Of a stretch of DNA of 64,000 nucleotides, positions 1 to 14,158 are shown in pieces. The notes below the pieces were generated by a model that was not told the DNA's origin, did no database searches, and worked only from the letters and a program-made list of their open reading frames with translations. The stretch comes from Takakia lepidozioides (taxonomy: Eukaryota > Plantae > Bryophyta). The translations under genes were made by a program, and so were the position numbers. The stretch lies in the NCBI GenBank assembly GCA_030704615.1, contig CM060732.1, positions 33,294,001 to 33,358,000 on the forward strand, read 5' to 3'. Numbering within the stretch: the first letter of the stretch is position 1; the number at the start of each line of letters is the position of its first letter.

Positions 1-244
1 GGGTAGTATCTTTTTTCTCCAGTATCTCATTTGAATTTTAGAATCCCACCAAAAGACAGTACTGTGTACTTTCATTGTTAAGAAAATCAAGTATGAAATC
101 TGAACATTGGAGCTAGGATGGAATTGCAAGTTTAAATACCCAACTTGCAAGCTTATTTTCCTTGTTTTCATTGTTTTTTTATATTTGTTTTGGAGGGGTT
201 AAGGGGTAGATTTTATTGACTACAATGACTACTTTTTGGAGCAG

Positions 245-3200
245 GCCTGGGGACACTGGGAAGGAAGTTGCAAGGGTGTTAGGTGGAGGCCTTGTGCCAG
301 GTATGCCTAATCTCAACGTAAGTTCTCGAAGTGCTACAGTGTGCTGTACTTGGTCCTTAATCACTTGACATATTCTTGTAGTCATAAGTATAGGTCATTA
401 CAATCGAGCCAACATCCAATGAGGGACTGTTATTGGGCTGGCCTGGATGCAGAGCCCATAGAGTGGGCTGGCCAGGAATGTTAGTAGTTAAGTTACATCC
501 AGCCCAGCAGTATTGTGCTCAATAGAGAACTGATGATGCACAAAATTTGATCTAGGGAAGGTTCTTAACTCCTCAAGTGGAGTCTGGCTTCTTTCAACTC
601 CTACTGCTGAGCATTAGAGCTTCCTATTTCAGGAATCAAGATTAATCTCATTGTGGCGATGTGGTGACTGGCCTCTCAGGATCATTGATCCTTGTTGGTG
701 GGGACCCTGGAGTCGGAAAAAGCACTCTCCTTTTGCAGGTACAGCTATTCTGCTTCTCCCCTCTCTCCTCTGTGGACGTAATAAAGTTCGTTCTCTCTCC
801 CTCAATTCTCAACTCCATCTCTGTTATAACCAGGTTGTTGTCAACTGGTGGTGAAGACACTGCCCCCAGGGTCCCACCCAACAGTTATGGTGAACAAAGT
901 GCATCCTTGCACTTGTTTTCTTGCCTAGTACAGTAGGGACGATGCCAATTCCTACCAGTTGCTGGAGAAGGTTCACTTTGCCCAGGTCCATGGGTGAACT
1001 GTAATTCATTTCTCACTTCACTTCCCCATATGTTTCTCTGGAGGGACCCTCAAGAATAACTAGTTCAGGTCAGAAAGGGATCTATTTGACTTTGTACTCT
1101 CTAAGGGCCTTTATTCGGGTCCTGAAGCCAAGTAGGTGTTAAGCTCATGTAAGTCTTGGTCTGTAAGGAGGTGATCCTGGTCTCCCCTCCCAGCTGTGGA
1201 ATCACCAGTGTCTGTTGTCTGTGAACTAAAGGGAAATTTGTGGTTTAAAGCACACTACCAGTTCCAGGATGGAGATCCTGCAGGTTTCCCTAAGGATATG
1301 CCATATGCGTCAGTCAATGTGTGTATTGTCTCTGTTTTCTTGCTGATGCTGCCCATATTGTGCTATAATGCAGCTTGCAGGGATTATAGCAGAGGGTTCT
1401 GAGGCATATGGGCCTGCTCCCGTCCTCTATGTTTCTGGTGAAGAGGTAGGTCTTAATGGCTGTTGTGAATAAATTTTTATTTATTCATCTGTGGATTGAC
1501 TACGCCTGCAATGCATCATTTTCCTCTTCCAACCTGTTTCTCCTTCTTCCGTTTCCCGGTACTGATCACAACTCTTTCAAATGACTCTTTTTGGGGTGGG
1601 GACCAGAGTGTGGAGCAAATCAGCAGCAGGGCTAACAGATTGAACATAAGTGCGCACGATCTGTTTCTCTATTCAGCCACTGACCTCGAGGTTTACTTTG
1701 CCTACCGCTATCGTTGGACTGTCATCCATCTCTGTGCTCCCTTGTTGTGATGTTCCTCTTGTTGTGTCGCACAGACAGACTAGCATACTTGGTGTGGTTC
1801 TCGGTTTGCTGACGGTATCTGGGTGAGATTTGTTGGTGCGCCAAGGTTGATTGAGGCTTTTTGGTTAGTCTGTTGCCTTGCTCAGGGCCAGAAGAATCAG
1901 GATTTATATCAGAAAGACGAAAGAAAGTCTATCACAAGGGCAAAGAGCTTATCTGACTGAAGTATGATACAATCTTAGCAACAACAAGGAAAACCTTAGT
2001 CAGTGTTCCTGGGTTTGCATATTATTATTATAGTTCCCATATGATTTCACATCGTCTGGTAAGGGTAGAGACACACAGCATTAGTCGCATGGTGTATTAG
2101 ATCTTCCTAGAGCCCACCCCCCAAAGGAGGCAGTACCCACAGGGGAAATTATATCATAAATTATCTCCATTTGAAGCCTGAAAGGTATATGTGACCAATG
2201 GGAACTTATTGCCGGAATGAAAACAGATAGAAGCAATATGGGTTGGATTTGGGGGTGCGGGCATGTAGCTGGTGCTGGAGGCAATTCAAGAATTGGAACC
2301 CAGAGCGGTGATAGTGGACTCCATACAGACAGTTTATTTGCCCGAAGCCAATGGTAGTGCTGGCAGTGTTAGTCAGGTATGCTTTTCTTTAAGTTTTTCT
2401 GTGTTTTGCTCTGCCTTGCAAATCAGAAGCTCTCTCATGTCTCTAACCAAACACTTGCAGAGCAGGCCAAATTAGTGCACTCACTTCATTGAGCAACTGC
2501 GTTCACTTACTGCTGTTTCTATGGTCAGGTTTTGGGGCTTTTGGTTACCTAGCCCATGGCGAGAGGGAGTAATAGAAAGTAAAAGGCCGGGGGGGTAGGG
2601 GGTGGGTGGGTTGATGTGCTTTGGAAGGGCGTAGCTTTATCATGTATGTGGTTGGCTATGGCAGGTGAGGGAGTGTGCAACAGCAATGTTGCGTGCGGCC
2701 AAGCAGACTGGTATTCCTATCTTTCTGGTGAGCGCCGCAACCCTCTTCTCTTGTAGTCCATCCACAGAACTCTAGTGAGGAAACTATCACTATGCCCTTC
2801 AATTAAGGTAGAATGACCTAGGAGGACACACTTAAAGGTAAGATTTTGTAAGTGAAAGAAATCTGTAGAATAACCAGGACCTGGTTATGTAGAAAGCATG
2901 GCATCTTTCGATTTGTTAAAATGGTAGGAAATTTATGAAGCTTTAATACATGGGTGTCTAGAATAGTTCTGCTATTGATGTAGCCTTGTACTTGTCTCAT
3001 GATGCTGGCTTTTTCATTGTCTCTACTCTGAGTTGCAATTTTCCATGTGGGGCTTAACGTGCAAAACTCTTTGTTACACATAATTGCAAACAGGAGATAG
3101 CTACCTTGTTTGGAGTGCCAGAATTTCCCTACTGCATTAATAGTCCAATTTGAGATGTGCGGCTGTATGTAGGTGGGACATGTAACCAAAAGTGGGGACA

Positions 3201-6200
3201 TCGCAGGACCGAAAATACTTGAGCATGTTGTGGATGTCGTGCTCTACATGGAGGTCTGTTTCATGGACCATGTTATTCTCCTTGAACCTGAACTCTGCTC
3301 TGTCTCTCTTGGGGCCCCCTGTGGACATTCTGAAATTTCTTTTGTTCTTTTTATGGGCATGCAAGCCTCTATTGTCATGCATGTAAAGTACTCATTGGCT
3401 GTAGTATCCTGGGAGGGTTTGGCACACTGGCATGGGCTCTGCTTGATACTAAAACCCCATGGACCATGACTTCAAATTGTCCTGCTGGTCGCACCCAGCT
3501 TATGACAAATTTTTGTTAAAAGTAGAATGGTTGTTTGGCAAGAGAGGGAGGGATGCAAGTACAGTGGTTGATTTACCGTCCACATGTATTGTTGATCCAG
3601 GGTGAGAGGCTACAGTCACACCGTCTGCTCAGGGTTGTCAAGAACCGTTATGGCTCTACAGATGAGGTATGCTGCTCTTCTTCTTACTTCGATAAGTTCT
3701 GGTCTGTAGATTATCCTACTTCACTATGGTGCAGGATGGTTAGTGATTGGGATCGTGTGATAACAAAAGATCTACTTTCTGCATTCCCATTGCCCTCACT
3801 TTTGGGATGGAATACAAACTTTGCGTTCTGTTCTTAGGCCCTGTGGCTTCAGGTACGCAGCCCTTAGCTTAAAAATGCAGATGTCTAGGTTCAAGGTTAT
3901 TTATGAACATAAACAGCAGATCTACCACATTCGTGTGCAGATGGTCAGTCTTTCAGGGTGATAAGACCTTTGTGAAGACTGGTAGCCAATTACAGGCAAC
4001 TGGTGATCTGCACTACGCTAATGAAGATGTAGGAGCTGGAAGTGCCTCATACTGAGCTCCTCAAACCAATACAATCTTTGTGGAACTTGTAGTTCATTGT
4101 TGCGGCTCAGCTGTCAGGCAGAGCCCTTATGACTTTCCATGTGATGTAGGTCGGTGTGTTTGAGATGGTTGAGGGGGGGCTCGCAGCGGTTGAAAGCCCC
4201 AGTGAACTCTTTCTGAGCGCCAGGAATCTGGATACAAAGAACGTAGCAGCTGCCGCGGTGGCGGTCACCATGGAGGGCTCACGCCCTATCTTGCTTGAAG
4301 TCCAGGTAACCAAGCCAGTTTGGAGGCACAACCTTGACTTCTGTTTCTTCTTGTATCTTTGTTTTCTGGTTAGTTTCCTCCGTAGATCAACAAACATACT
4401 TGGTTTCAGGGGCTGGTGGCATGAAATCCTGTTTTTAATCAAAAGAAGAGTTATGCATGACAGGCACTGGGATTTTTAGTAGTAGCCTATGATTGTCGTT
4501 GAACCAGAGGTCTGTAACCCTTTTTCTTGTACAACTCGGTACCTCCACTTGCCATTCAATGTGGTCAGAGTGTCTAACACCAGGGAGAGTAGAGCTCAAA
4601 GGTTTCCAAGTGGGTCATCATCGGCTTTGAGAAATTTACGGCATGTTGTGTACAGAGCCAACCAGGAGTGGTTATCTGCTGTGGGTTCAATTGCTGCTAT
4701 ATGCTTCTAATGGCACCCAAAAACGCCTTTGTGCACATCTCTGTTGCTCTCTTTTTTTTTCTTCTTTTTCCTCCCACAAGGCTACGGCAAACAACGTCTT
4801 ATGTGTACATTCTGTTGCTCTTTTTTGTCTTGGGATAAATTGTTTTGCCCATTTGACCCAAACTGATCGTTGATATTGTGGCTGTGCAGGCCTTATGTTC
4901 TATGGTTGGGCAGGGACCAGGCAGGCGGACGGCCAATGGTGTCGATGGCCAGCGCCTGTCTCTTCTTCTTGCTGTGAGAGAGCACCCTTTCAGCTTTGGT
5001 TTTGTTATCTCTGAGATGATTACTAAAGTATATGTGAGCTCGATTTTATGGGATTTTCACATCATTGATTTGGTTCTTTTCCTCATGATTTTCCATTCTT
5101 TAGGTGAGAAAGAGGGAAGAAAAAACTCATTACATCCACAGAAGGCCCAGAGAACCTATTCGTGCGTTCTGTGCAACCTGATGACTCTCATTCTTAGGAT
5201 CCTACTTGGAAGAGCTACTCCTGTGCATTGGACATTGGCTGTTGTGGCATCGTGTGCTCACTCCTTCAAAGGACTTTAGGGTCTAGTGGGGTTGCTCACT
5301 GTTACACCATGTCCTAATCAGCCGTAGCAGAGTCCTTTGTTTGCTTACTACAGACGGGTCATTTATCGTCCATGTGGGAACACCAAAGAAGAAGATTACT
5401 TCCATGTGAACGGTAAACCGAAATTGATGTGTCTGGCAGGTTTTGACGAAGCAAGCTAGTTTAAAGCTTGCAAATCAGGTATATCTCTGAACTCATCAAC
5501 ATCCAATTTTAGCCTGTAATCGGATAGCTATCTTCTTTTGTTAGAGCTGCAGCAATGTCAGGTGGAGTTTAGCACCCTGTTAGGGAATACCCCCAGCAAC
5601 TGTGGTTGCCCGCTGGCATATGACCTCTAGGACAATCAATCTCTCAGGCAGCTCAGTTTTTTCTCGCTAAGAGTGTGACCAGCTGTGCAAACATTCACAC
5701 AGCCACACTTGTCACATCAGTTTCTAGGTAGAGGGGTCTAGGAGCAGGGAATCTATCTCATTCTTTCTCAGTGGACTGAAACCCCTTAATTGGGGAAAGG
5801 TCAGACAGTAGCTCCGTCTCTGTCACCCCAAGCCAGGTGAATCTCGGCGAAGTTCACAACATCACAGTTCTCTTCAAATATACTAGTGGGAACCCTACTT
5901 TTTCATAAGCCTCTATGGAAGAACCCCATTGCAATAAATGTACAAGCTTTCAGCGTCTAGATAATTCATCTAAACTTCAATGCATCCTATTTTGGGGTGT
6001 AGTTGGAGATATGCCGAGGATTGACTATTCCCAGTTATCTTACATAAGACTTTTGACTGTGTTTCTTAAGAGGGTGAAAGTGCCACGTTTCCTGAAAGAG
6101 CAGAAAGAACTCTTTTTCGCTTTATGTTATATGATCCACACATCCACATGCCTTGTTTCCTCATTTGCTCTTACATTGATGTGTGGTTCACATATTGTAG

Positions 6201-7255
6201 GCATCTGTTGCATAAGCAGGTCATGTTGTTGAGACACTTGTCCAGCATCTCCAAAGATTATAGTTTGTCACATGGCTTGGGTGATCCTGTACAAAACCTT
6301 CCCTTGTCACTTTTGTTCTTGAAACCATTCTCTTGGATGCCACGAGATATCAAAAATAAATAAATAGTGCTGTGGTTGTATTTCAGGATGTGTTTGTAAA
6401 TGTGGTGGGTGGATTGCAACTCCGAGAGCCTGCTGCTGATGTGGCGATTGCTGTAGCGATATGCAGCAGGTTTAACAGCTGTCTCCTTCTAATACTTTAT
6501 TGTGCATCTCCTCTCTGAGCCCTGGTCCCAACTGCGTAACATGAATGAGGACCACACTGTGTGAGCAGTAAGGCAGTTTTGCTCAGTTTGGATGGAAATC
6601 CCATCACCGGTTTGGGAGGGTTAGTATTCCACAGAGAAGTCGGTTCATAGTTGGGTCGGCTATTGATGTGTGCCCCACCTTATGAATTAGGCAGACAGGT
6701 TGCCATTAACTTATGTTGTTTGCATGATAACTTTCACATAGCGAGCTAAAGCTCAGAAATCTTTGTTCCAATGGCTGCAGTTATCTTGAAAAAGATGTTG
6801 AGCGAGACATGGCCTTCATTGGAGAGATTGGGCTTGGTGGCGAACTGCGTTCAGTATGTATCTCACAAGGCTGTTGCTTACTGCTGTTAGATTGTAACCA
6901 TTGTATTGAATCTTATTGGAAATGTGTAGACTTCCGTTTGGTCAAGTCCAAATATGTGATGCCCACCTTGGCCAGGATTACGAAACCGCCATGCACAGAA
7001 GTGTGTATTGCTTGGCTGGCTTTTAGTGTTTGAATATGTGGTACATTTTACATATGAATATTGTATCACTTGGTTGGCCAGGTTGGACAGCTGGAGAGGC
7101 GACTTTCAGAGGCAGCAAAACTGGGGTTCAAGAGATGTGTGATTCCCAAGTCAGCTGCCAAATCCTCAAAGGGCTTCATGTCTGAGACCCTTGTCACAAT
7201 CCCCTGTTCTGATGTCAAAGAAGTCATTGAACGATTGTTCGTGAAGGGTTTATAA
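245..7255 (+). CDS. RADA: DNA repair protein RadA/Sms homolog (plant organellar RADA); spliced, 5' exons lie upstream of the window
   Basis: GT-AG exons at about 245-300, 680-738, 1374-1445, 1607-1690, 2269-2376, 2665-2727, 3173-3253, 3601-3666, 4151-4305, 4890-4973, 5440-5478, 6387-6469, 6781-6854 and 7082-7255. They join to give [32 protein letters not shown] (Walker A), VLYVSGEES, VIVDSIQT (Walker B), GHVTKSGDIAGPK, KNRYG and the Lon-like C-terminus (NVVGGLQLREPAAD, IGEIGLGGELR). Confidence 0.95.
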
Positions 7256-7821
7256 AAGCAAATAGCTATGTGGGCTTAAGTTCAGCCGATTGCTCAACTC
7301 AGTAGCAGACGGGGGTTTTATTCTTTCAAACTTTTGGGGTTGTGTGACCTCATCTATCCTGTGGGCACATTCCGCCCCAGTCAACGCCATAAATTTCTAG
7401 CCCTCTCTTCTATGAACTGGCCAACAGGTATCACTCCATTCTACCATGCACATACGCAGATGACAAACAAAGATCAGGAGCCTCTTCCATTCTGCCTCAA
7501 TGAATTTGATTCACAATTGCAGGAGAACATCTCAAAGTCTGGGGGGTATTGCATAAATCTCAAGATGATTCCCAATCCTTTTCACAAAAACAGAACTATG
7601 CAGCACTCATGGTGGGGGCTATGTGCTTCTCCACATCGCATGCTACACATAAAAGTTGAATAGACCAAGAAAGAGAGGCGGCAAGGAAATCCGAGGTAAA
7701 TGGCTATTTCCAACTTGTCCTTCTTCGTCCATGGTGTTGTGCAGATATATGTTTTACCCTGATATACCTGCCGGATATGCCAGGTAAATGGATTTGTGCA
7801 TACCTGGCCCGGCCACGGAAA

Positions 7822-7939
7822 GAACCTCATCATTTCTTAGTGTGTAGTTTTACGCTTAATATGGACAAATTGGGGAGGAGGAACCTCATCATTTCTTAGT
7901 GTGTAGTTTTACGCTTAATATGGACAAATTGGGGAGGAG
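7822..7939. repeat. Perfect 59-bp tandem duplication
   Basis: gaacctcatcatttcttagtgtgtagttttacgcttaatatggacaaattggggaggag occurs twice back to back. Confidence 0.95.
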
Positions 7940-8149
7940 TACGTTACATTTGGAGAAATACATTACACCCAAATATCACGTACTAAGTTCCTCAAATATA
8001 ATGTATTCTCCCATTAATTTCGTTTCCGTATGCAGTGTAAAGCCTTAGCCTCACCTGGTCCTCGGCCCTAGGTCTCCGGCTACGCCCAAAACCTGGCCTC
8101 CACCCATGTAATGGCCTGGTGCCGAGGCTTTGCCCTATACATATGATAC

Positions 8150-8320
8150 CTGGCTGAAGCCCAGAGGTAATGGGCACATAACTTACCACCTCGGAAGTGG
8201 TTGTGGGTTCAATCCACCGATTGGTGTCACAAAGGTTTTCACCTTCCTAGCGGAAGGCAATAACCCTTTTGGGATGAAGAAACACCATAATTTACGCTTC
8301 CTTGGGGAGGCGTCAAATAT
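8150..8320 (+). mobile_element. Degenerate tRNA-derived SINE-like element
   Basis: A-box-like agcccagaggtaa and B-box-like gggttcaatcc. The 3' body (acaccataatttacgcttc...gcgtca) recurs in reverse orientation at about 26820-26865. Confidence 0.4.
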
Positions 8321-8924
8321 TATTATTGTGTATACCCGACCCTACCCTACCCTTAAGGGTATATGAAAGACATATACCCACATTTAGTATATAACCGGAC
8401 GATGTAGTTCATAGAGTTACCCTCTCCTATGGCTAGTATAAACTAACATGCGGGTATATTGTAAGCAAGGGTATATTTATCCCATATGCATGGCCGGGGC
8501 ATGGGAAGTTTATGACTACATAGTACCTGTCCATTGAAAAAACCTGCATAGCTTTATAAAAAGACCAAATGGGGCAAAAATCTGGTATGGACTGTAGTGG
8601 TCCCCCTCGTGGTCCCCGCCGAGTGAGCCACGTGGCGGATGGGTAGCGAGGTTGGCTGGATTTAGCGAAGGAGAGCGATGGGTCGGCAGCAACACGCACA
8701 TTCACTGCATGTGGCCTGCTTTTTGCTTTTCTCTTCTACCGTGCTCTCCGAGTGTGTCCATGGATCGTAGCAACAACACTCTTTCCGTGACTATATAGAC
8801 AAATCAGAGGTGGGATTGGTGTTGGTTGTTGAGGATCTGCGGAAGGGGGAATTGGGCGGTGGCAGATTGCGGTCACTAGGTGCAGAGATCATTGCGTGCA
8901 GGGAAGAGTCGGTGCAGAGAAATC

Positions 8925-9148
8925 ATGGCGAGTGCGCTGGTGGACAAATTGATGTCTGCGATCCATCCGTCTTCCCAGAATAGAGACGCAGCCCATTGCT
9001 GCAGTGGCTCTGGCCCTGGCTATGGGAGCCCCCTGGAAGCGCAAGCCGGGCCTCGAGAGAAGTTGCTGTATGTGACGGCTATTTATACAGGTGCACTCCC
9101 TCTCTTGAGGTCCATGTCCGTGCTTCTTCGGGAAAAGTTGTAAATTGG

Positions 9149-9185
<37 letters not shown>

Positions 9186-12100
9186 CTCTAGTGGTAATTA
9201 CGAACCTCCATCAGCTAGAGGAGGAGTGGTGTATGATGGAGGCCGAGGAAATTACAAACTTTTCTCCCCCGGGAGTAGCACTATTCTCTCATTCATACGG
9301 ACGGTCAAGGCCCCTATTTTCTCAAATCCACTTGTCGATATAGAGTTTGAGTCACAGTTTTTAAAGCAAGTGTCGACAGGAAGAATGGATCGAGATTGGC
9401 GGTGGATGTTTGAGTACAATTTCTGTATGGTAAGATGATCCTACTACAGGTCCATAGCTGCCTTGCATGGAATCAGTTTGGTACCAAGAGAGGATGCAGA
9501 TGCGAAACAATAGGCGTGAATCGCAATGTTTTCAGTCCGTCATCCACGAAGGAGTGAAGTGAATGCTGTATGCTATGGACGACTTCTTCGATGGAACATT
9601 CAAATTCAGGAGTTTGCAGTACCCATCAACAACTGCAATTAATAATGATGTGGACAAGAGAACGCCATTCCAAAGTGCTTACGAAACTCTTTCTCTTTCT
9701 CGGCAAGAGGCCTGAAGTTATGAGGATCGAAGTGCTAGGACTGAACCACTCCTTCCGGCAGCGATTCGTAAAAACTTTTGTTCAGGTTTCTTTTGCTGTT
9801 CGACTCTGCCCCAGAAGCCCTTTTGCCCTCCCGGGGAATTTTTAACTTCTGTTCCTCTCTTGCGCTCGTCTGAGGTGGATTGTTGTATCGTGCAGGAACG
9901 GGCAAGGACGCCCCTGACTACTTGGCCACAGTGGACGTCGACCCTGAGTCACCCGCTTATTCTACAATAATACATCGGATGCCTGTTCCCCATTTGAACG
10001 ACGAGCTCCACCACAGTGGCTGGAATGCCTGCAGCTCGTGCCATGGTGACCGAGACGTGCAGCGCCGTTTCCTCATTCTTCCCTCCCTTGGGTAGGCTTC
10101 CTTATCTTAATATGGTCCTCATAGAATGTTATTACGAGTTGTTCTGAATCTGCAGGGAGGTTTGCGAGGATGAGCCAGGTGTTCCCGATTTTAGGCCCTG
10201 GGATCGACCAAGTTTTACGGAGAATGTTGATTTTGCACCAAAAGTCTGGAGTTTTCTGTTTTGGCAGGTCTTCACGAATCTATGTTGTGGATACTGCCAA
10301 GGATCCTCGGGCGCCGGTAGTGCACAAAGTGGTGGAGTCAGAGGACATATGGGCCAAGACAGGGTTGGCTTTCCCGCATACCGCACACTGCCTGGCGACT
10401 GGGGATATTTTGGTGTCTTGTATGGGGGACAAGGAGGGGAATGCCGAAGGCGCGGGTTTCTTGCTTCTTGATTCGGAGTTCAACATCAAGGGAAGGTGGG
10501 TGGCTACCCTGAATCCTTTCACTAACTTGAATCCAATGTGCTTATCTGTCTTTCTTCTCTCAATTAATGAATGCTCTGCTGCTGCTGATTCTGCTTATCC
10601 TCCTCCTGCTTGTTGTTGTTGATGTTATTGCTGTTGTTGTTGTTCCTCCCTTTCTCTTCCACTTCTCCTTCTGTGCATCAAACATTGTATGGGGTAGAGG
10701 TGCAACATTGTCTGATGAGAGTCTCAATTTCTTGGGAAATGGGCAGATGGGAAAAGCCAGGCAACAGTCCAAGTTTTGGCTACGACTTCTGGTATCAACC
10801 ACGTCATAAGACCATGATAAGTTCATCGTGGGGGGCACCTAAGGCTTTCACCAAGGGTTTTGATCCCATGCATGTGGCGGATGGCCTGTACGGCAGACAC
10901 TTGTTTGTGTATGATTGGCCCCAAGGCACGATTAAGCAGACATTGGATTTAGGAGAGACAGGGCTCATTCCTCTTGAGGTGCATTCACAATTCCAAGACC
11001 CAAGGATGCGTAATTTCAGACTAATTTGTGGTTGTGAGCCTCTTCAAGGACTACACCTTTCTGTTCATCACATTCACGTTTTGTTTGAGGCAATACTTCT
11101 GAAGATTAGACTGGATGATGTTGTTTAAGCAGCTTTCTCATTCTCCAACTCTGTTCTGTATTTGACTGGACTTACATTTGCAGATTAGGTTTCTACATGA
11201 CCCAACCAAAGACACAGGATATGTTGGGTGTGCGTTGAGCAGTAATATGGTTCGTTTCTTCAAGCAAGATGACGGGACATGGGACACAGAGGTGAGCACT
11301 CTCTGCCTATTCCTACTCTATTGTTCAAGCATTAACACCCAGGAGTTTTAACTATGGAATTTGAAGTTGTTTCGCTGAATTTTCCACTTTCATTGTGAGT
11401 ATCACCATTCGACTGGTCAGAAATCGAATGCAGCTTTTTATAAGCTAGGACTTGGTAGCTGAAAACACTCAATATTTGCGTCCTTATTTTAGTTGGATGA
11501 CCAGCTGCCTAGAACACCTGTTGCTGTAGGTAACATTTGTATCTATCAGCAGTATCTCAGCTGGAAATTCTTCTTCCCTCTGTAGACTGCCAAAACTTGT
11601 GCAGTTCACACAGTAAATGTGCATTCCTAATTGACAACTGGCAAGGATGAGTTCCTTTTCCTCTTTCCACACATCTGTACCGCCCAATGACAACCAAAGA
11701 TACTATTGTGGGCAGTTTGCCCCGTTTCACCTGCCTTGAACTTTGTTAAAGTACCTGTGTGGTGCTTAAATGGTGCAGGTGGCTATATCAGTCCCGGCAT
11801 TGAAGGTCCAGAATTGGATATTGCCCCAGATGCCAGGCCTCATCACTGACTTCCTCATTTCACTCGATGACCGCTTCTTATATTTCTCCAATTGGCTACA
11901 TGGCGATATCCGGCAATACAACATTGAAGACCCCCAAAAGCCATATCTGGCTGGACAAGTGTGGGTGGGTGGACTCCTCAGCAAAGGAGGTCCTGTCTCT
12001 GTGGAGGAGGAATCTGGAGAACTGTGGCAGTCAACTATCCCTGATATCAAGGTAATTCTTCTTTGTTTTGTGTTTCTGAGCCCTTTTTGGTTTTTGTCTG

Positions 12101-13260
12101 GCAATAATGGGCTACCAGTGCTTGTTTGCCGGAGGTTTGTTTTGGTACTTTTTGGGAAAATTATGCAGACCAGACAAACTGCATTTAGAAAAAGAAATGA
12201 AGTAAATATAGTAAGCCCTTTTCCCCCATTCAATTTTTCTTCATTGCAAGTTTGTTGAGGTTATCTACCAATCAATCAAAAAGAAAGGAATTTTATGTCA
12301 TGTATGGTGGTGCCATAGTCCCTCTAGGATCTACACTTTTTCAGATTTTTAAGATAGAAATCAAGGAGAATATGGGAGCTCTTGTCTCCTCATTTCATTT
12401 TTTGATTATAAATCTTTCTATGAACTAGTCTTGTTCACTCATGGACTGTATCCCTATGCCAAGTCCTGATGGCGTACTCCCTCTACTGCACTTTTTCAGA
12501 TTTGTAAGAAAGAAATCAAGTAAAGTGGTCTTCCCATTTCATATTTGTTTGTAAATATTTATAGGTTATCTATCGATCAATTAATCAATCAGGGATTGTA
12601 TCCCTATGACACATCCCTGTGGCATAGGCCCTCTAGGATCTCAACTCTCCCAGAGTTGCCTGACGGATTTCAGCTGCACTACGCTATTGTGAGAATTGAC
12701 CTCAAATTGCTGTAGGGGTTGTGCACATGTGAAAACAATCGATCCAGTTACGATGGATTGGAGTTGATGGTCACCTGTGTGTTGATTATACATGAAAATG
12801 AGGTTTGATTCCAGCAACACTGCTACTACCCATCAGCTAGAAGCAGACATGACAAATGTGGCTGGGGTTGCCCTGTCAGTGAGACTGTCAAAGAAAAGGG
12901 TAGTTTGTTGTTTCCTTGCATGCAGAATATGACCGTGATTGTTGTCCATTCAATTTTGATTTTTAATATACTGTGCAGGGCAAGACCTTGAGAGGAGGAC
13001 CACAGATGATTCAACTAAGCTTGGATGGGAAGCGATTGTATGCGACCAACTCACTCTTTAGTGCCTGGGACCAGCAGTTCTACCCTAGCATGGTCGAGCG
13101 TGGCTCTCATATGCTTCAAATTGATGTAGATACAGTGAAGGGGGGTTTATCCATCAACCCCAACTTTTTTGTAGATTTTGGGGAAGAGCCAGAGGGACCT
13201 GCTCTAGCTCACGAAATGCGGTACCCAGGAGGAGACTGCACGTCTGACATTTGGGTGTAG
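8925..13260 (+). CDS. SBP: Selenium-binding protein (SBP56/SELENBP1 family, methanethiol oxidase-like); 7 exons
   Basis: Exons 8925-9090, 9896-10091, 10268-10495, 10747-10978, 11184-11291, 11779-12051 and 12979-13260. Motifs [75 protein letters not shown] and C-terminal [10 protein letters not shown]. Confidence 0.96.
9150..9184. repeat. (GA)n microsatellite in SBP intron 1
   Basis: Uninterrupted AG dinucleotide run. Confidence 0.95.
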
Positions 13261-14158
13261 TCCATGGGAGAAAGATGAATATCTTCCTCTTGCCTGTCAC
13301 TTTATTTTGATGTGTTGTACTGTGAAAATCCTGCAATCCCATAACTGTATATCTAGACTCCTGACACACAATTTTGCAGTATTGAAGTTCTTTCTCTAGA
13401 AGAGTGTTGGACTACACCCTCTAATGAGGGAAATTGAGATGAGATTTTGTCACTAGTGCATGGATTATTGATGGTACATTGTTGTGAAGCCAACTGAATG
13501 AAATTTTCAATTTGTATTGACAACTCTTTCCCACTGTCTTTCTCCCTATCGCTGTTTACACACAGCAGATTGATGCTCTGTGAAGAGATTTGTAGAAGAA
13601 ATCTGGAAAGTCCAAACTTACCCTGTATACCAAGGTTAGTGAGTGAGTTGCTCACATAGGTAATGCCTATTTTCTCTTGTTCTGCCCAAACTGGGTGTGG
13701 GAGTAGAGGAAGATCTATGGTCACAAGGCCTACTAATGTCTCTTCAGTCCACCCTCTTTCCCATGACTATACTCTCTTTCTCAGTCATTTGCGGGCTTTT
13801 TCATTGAACACCTCACAAAATTGAATCATCCCACATCATCTTCAAAGTTCTGGACAGTACGTGTCCAAATGTGATCTATATAATTTTACTTTCAAGTGTC
13901 GATTTGGAATGAATCACAAAACTAGCCCTCCCAGAAACTGGTCTAGAATATTCAACCGGCATAGATGCAAGTGTTCCCTTGAGCTCAAGCTTATAAACTG
14001 CTGACAGAGTAGCTAAGTATCTTAAGAGAGATATCATGCGCTTATATGATTGTAGGCACTCATGTTTAACAGAATTTAGTGCGCCTGCACCTTATGATCT
14101 GACTGTGCAGCTTTGAAAATTATTTGGCTCCTACAACCAGATTGATAGTAGTACTGCA

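Noticed and set aside
528-612. Intronic C/D-box snoRNA (TGATGA...CTGA)
   Set aside because: Imperfect C box, no terminal stem, and no recognisable guide.
3640-3654. RadA KNRFG motif reads KNRYG
   Set aside because: A conservative variant seen in other RadA proteins.
12260-12640. Mosaic short duplications in SBP intron 6
   Set aside because: Old degenerate local duplication with no sign of function.
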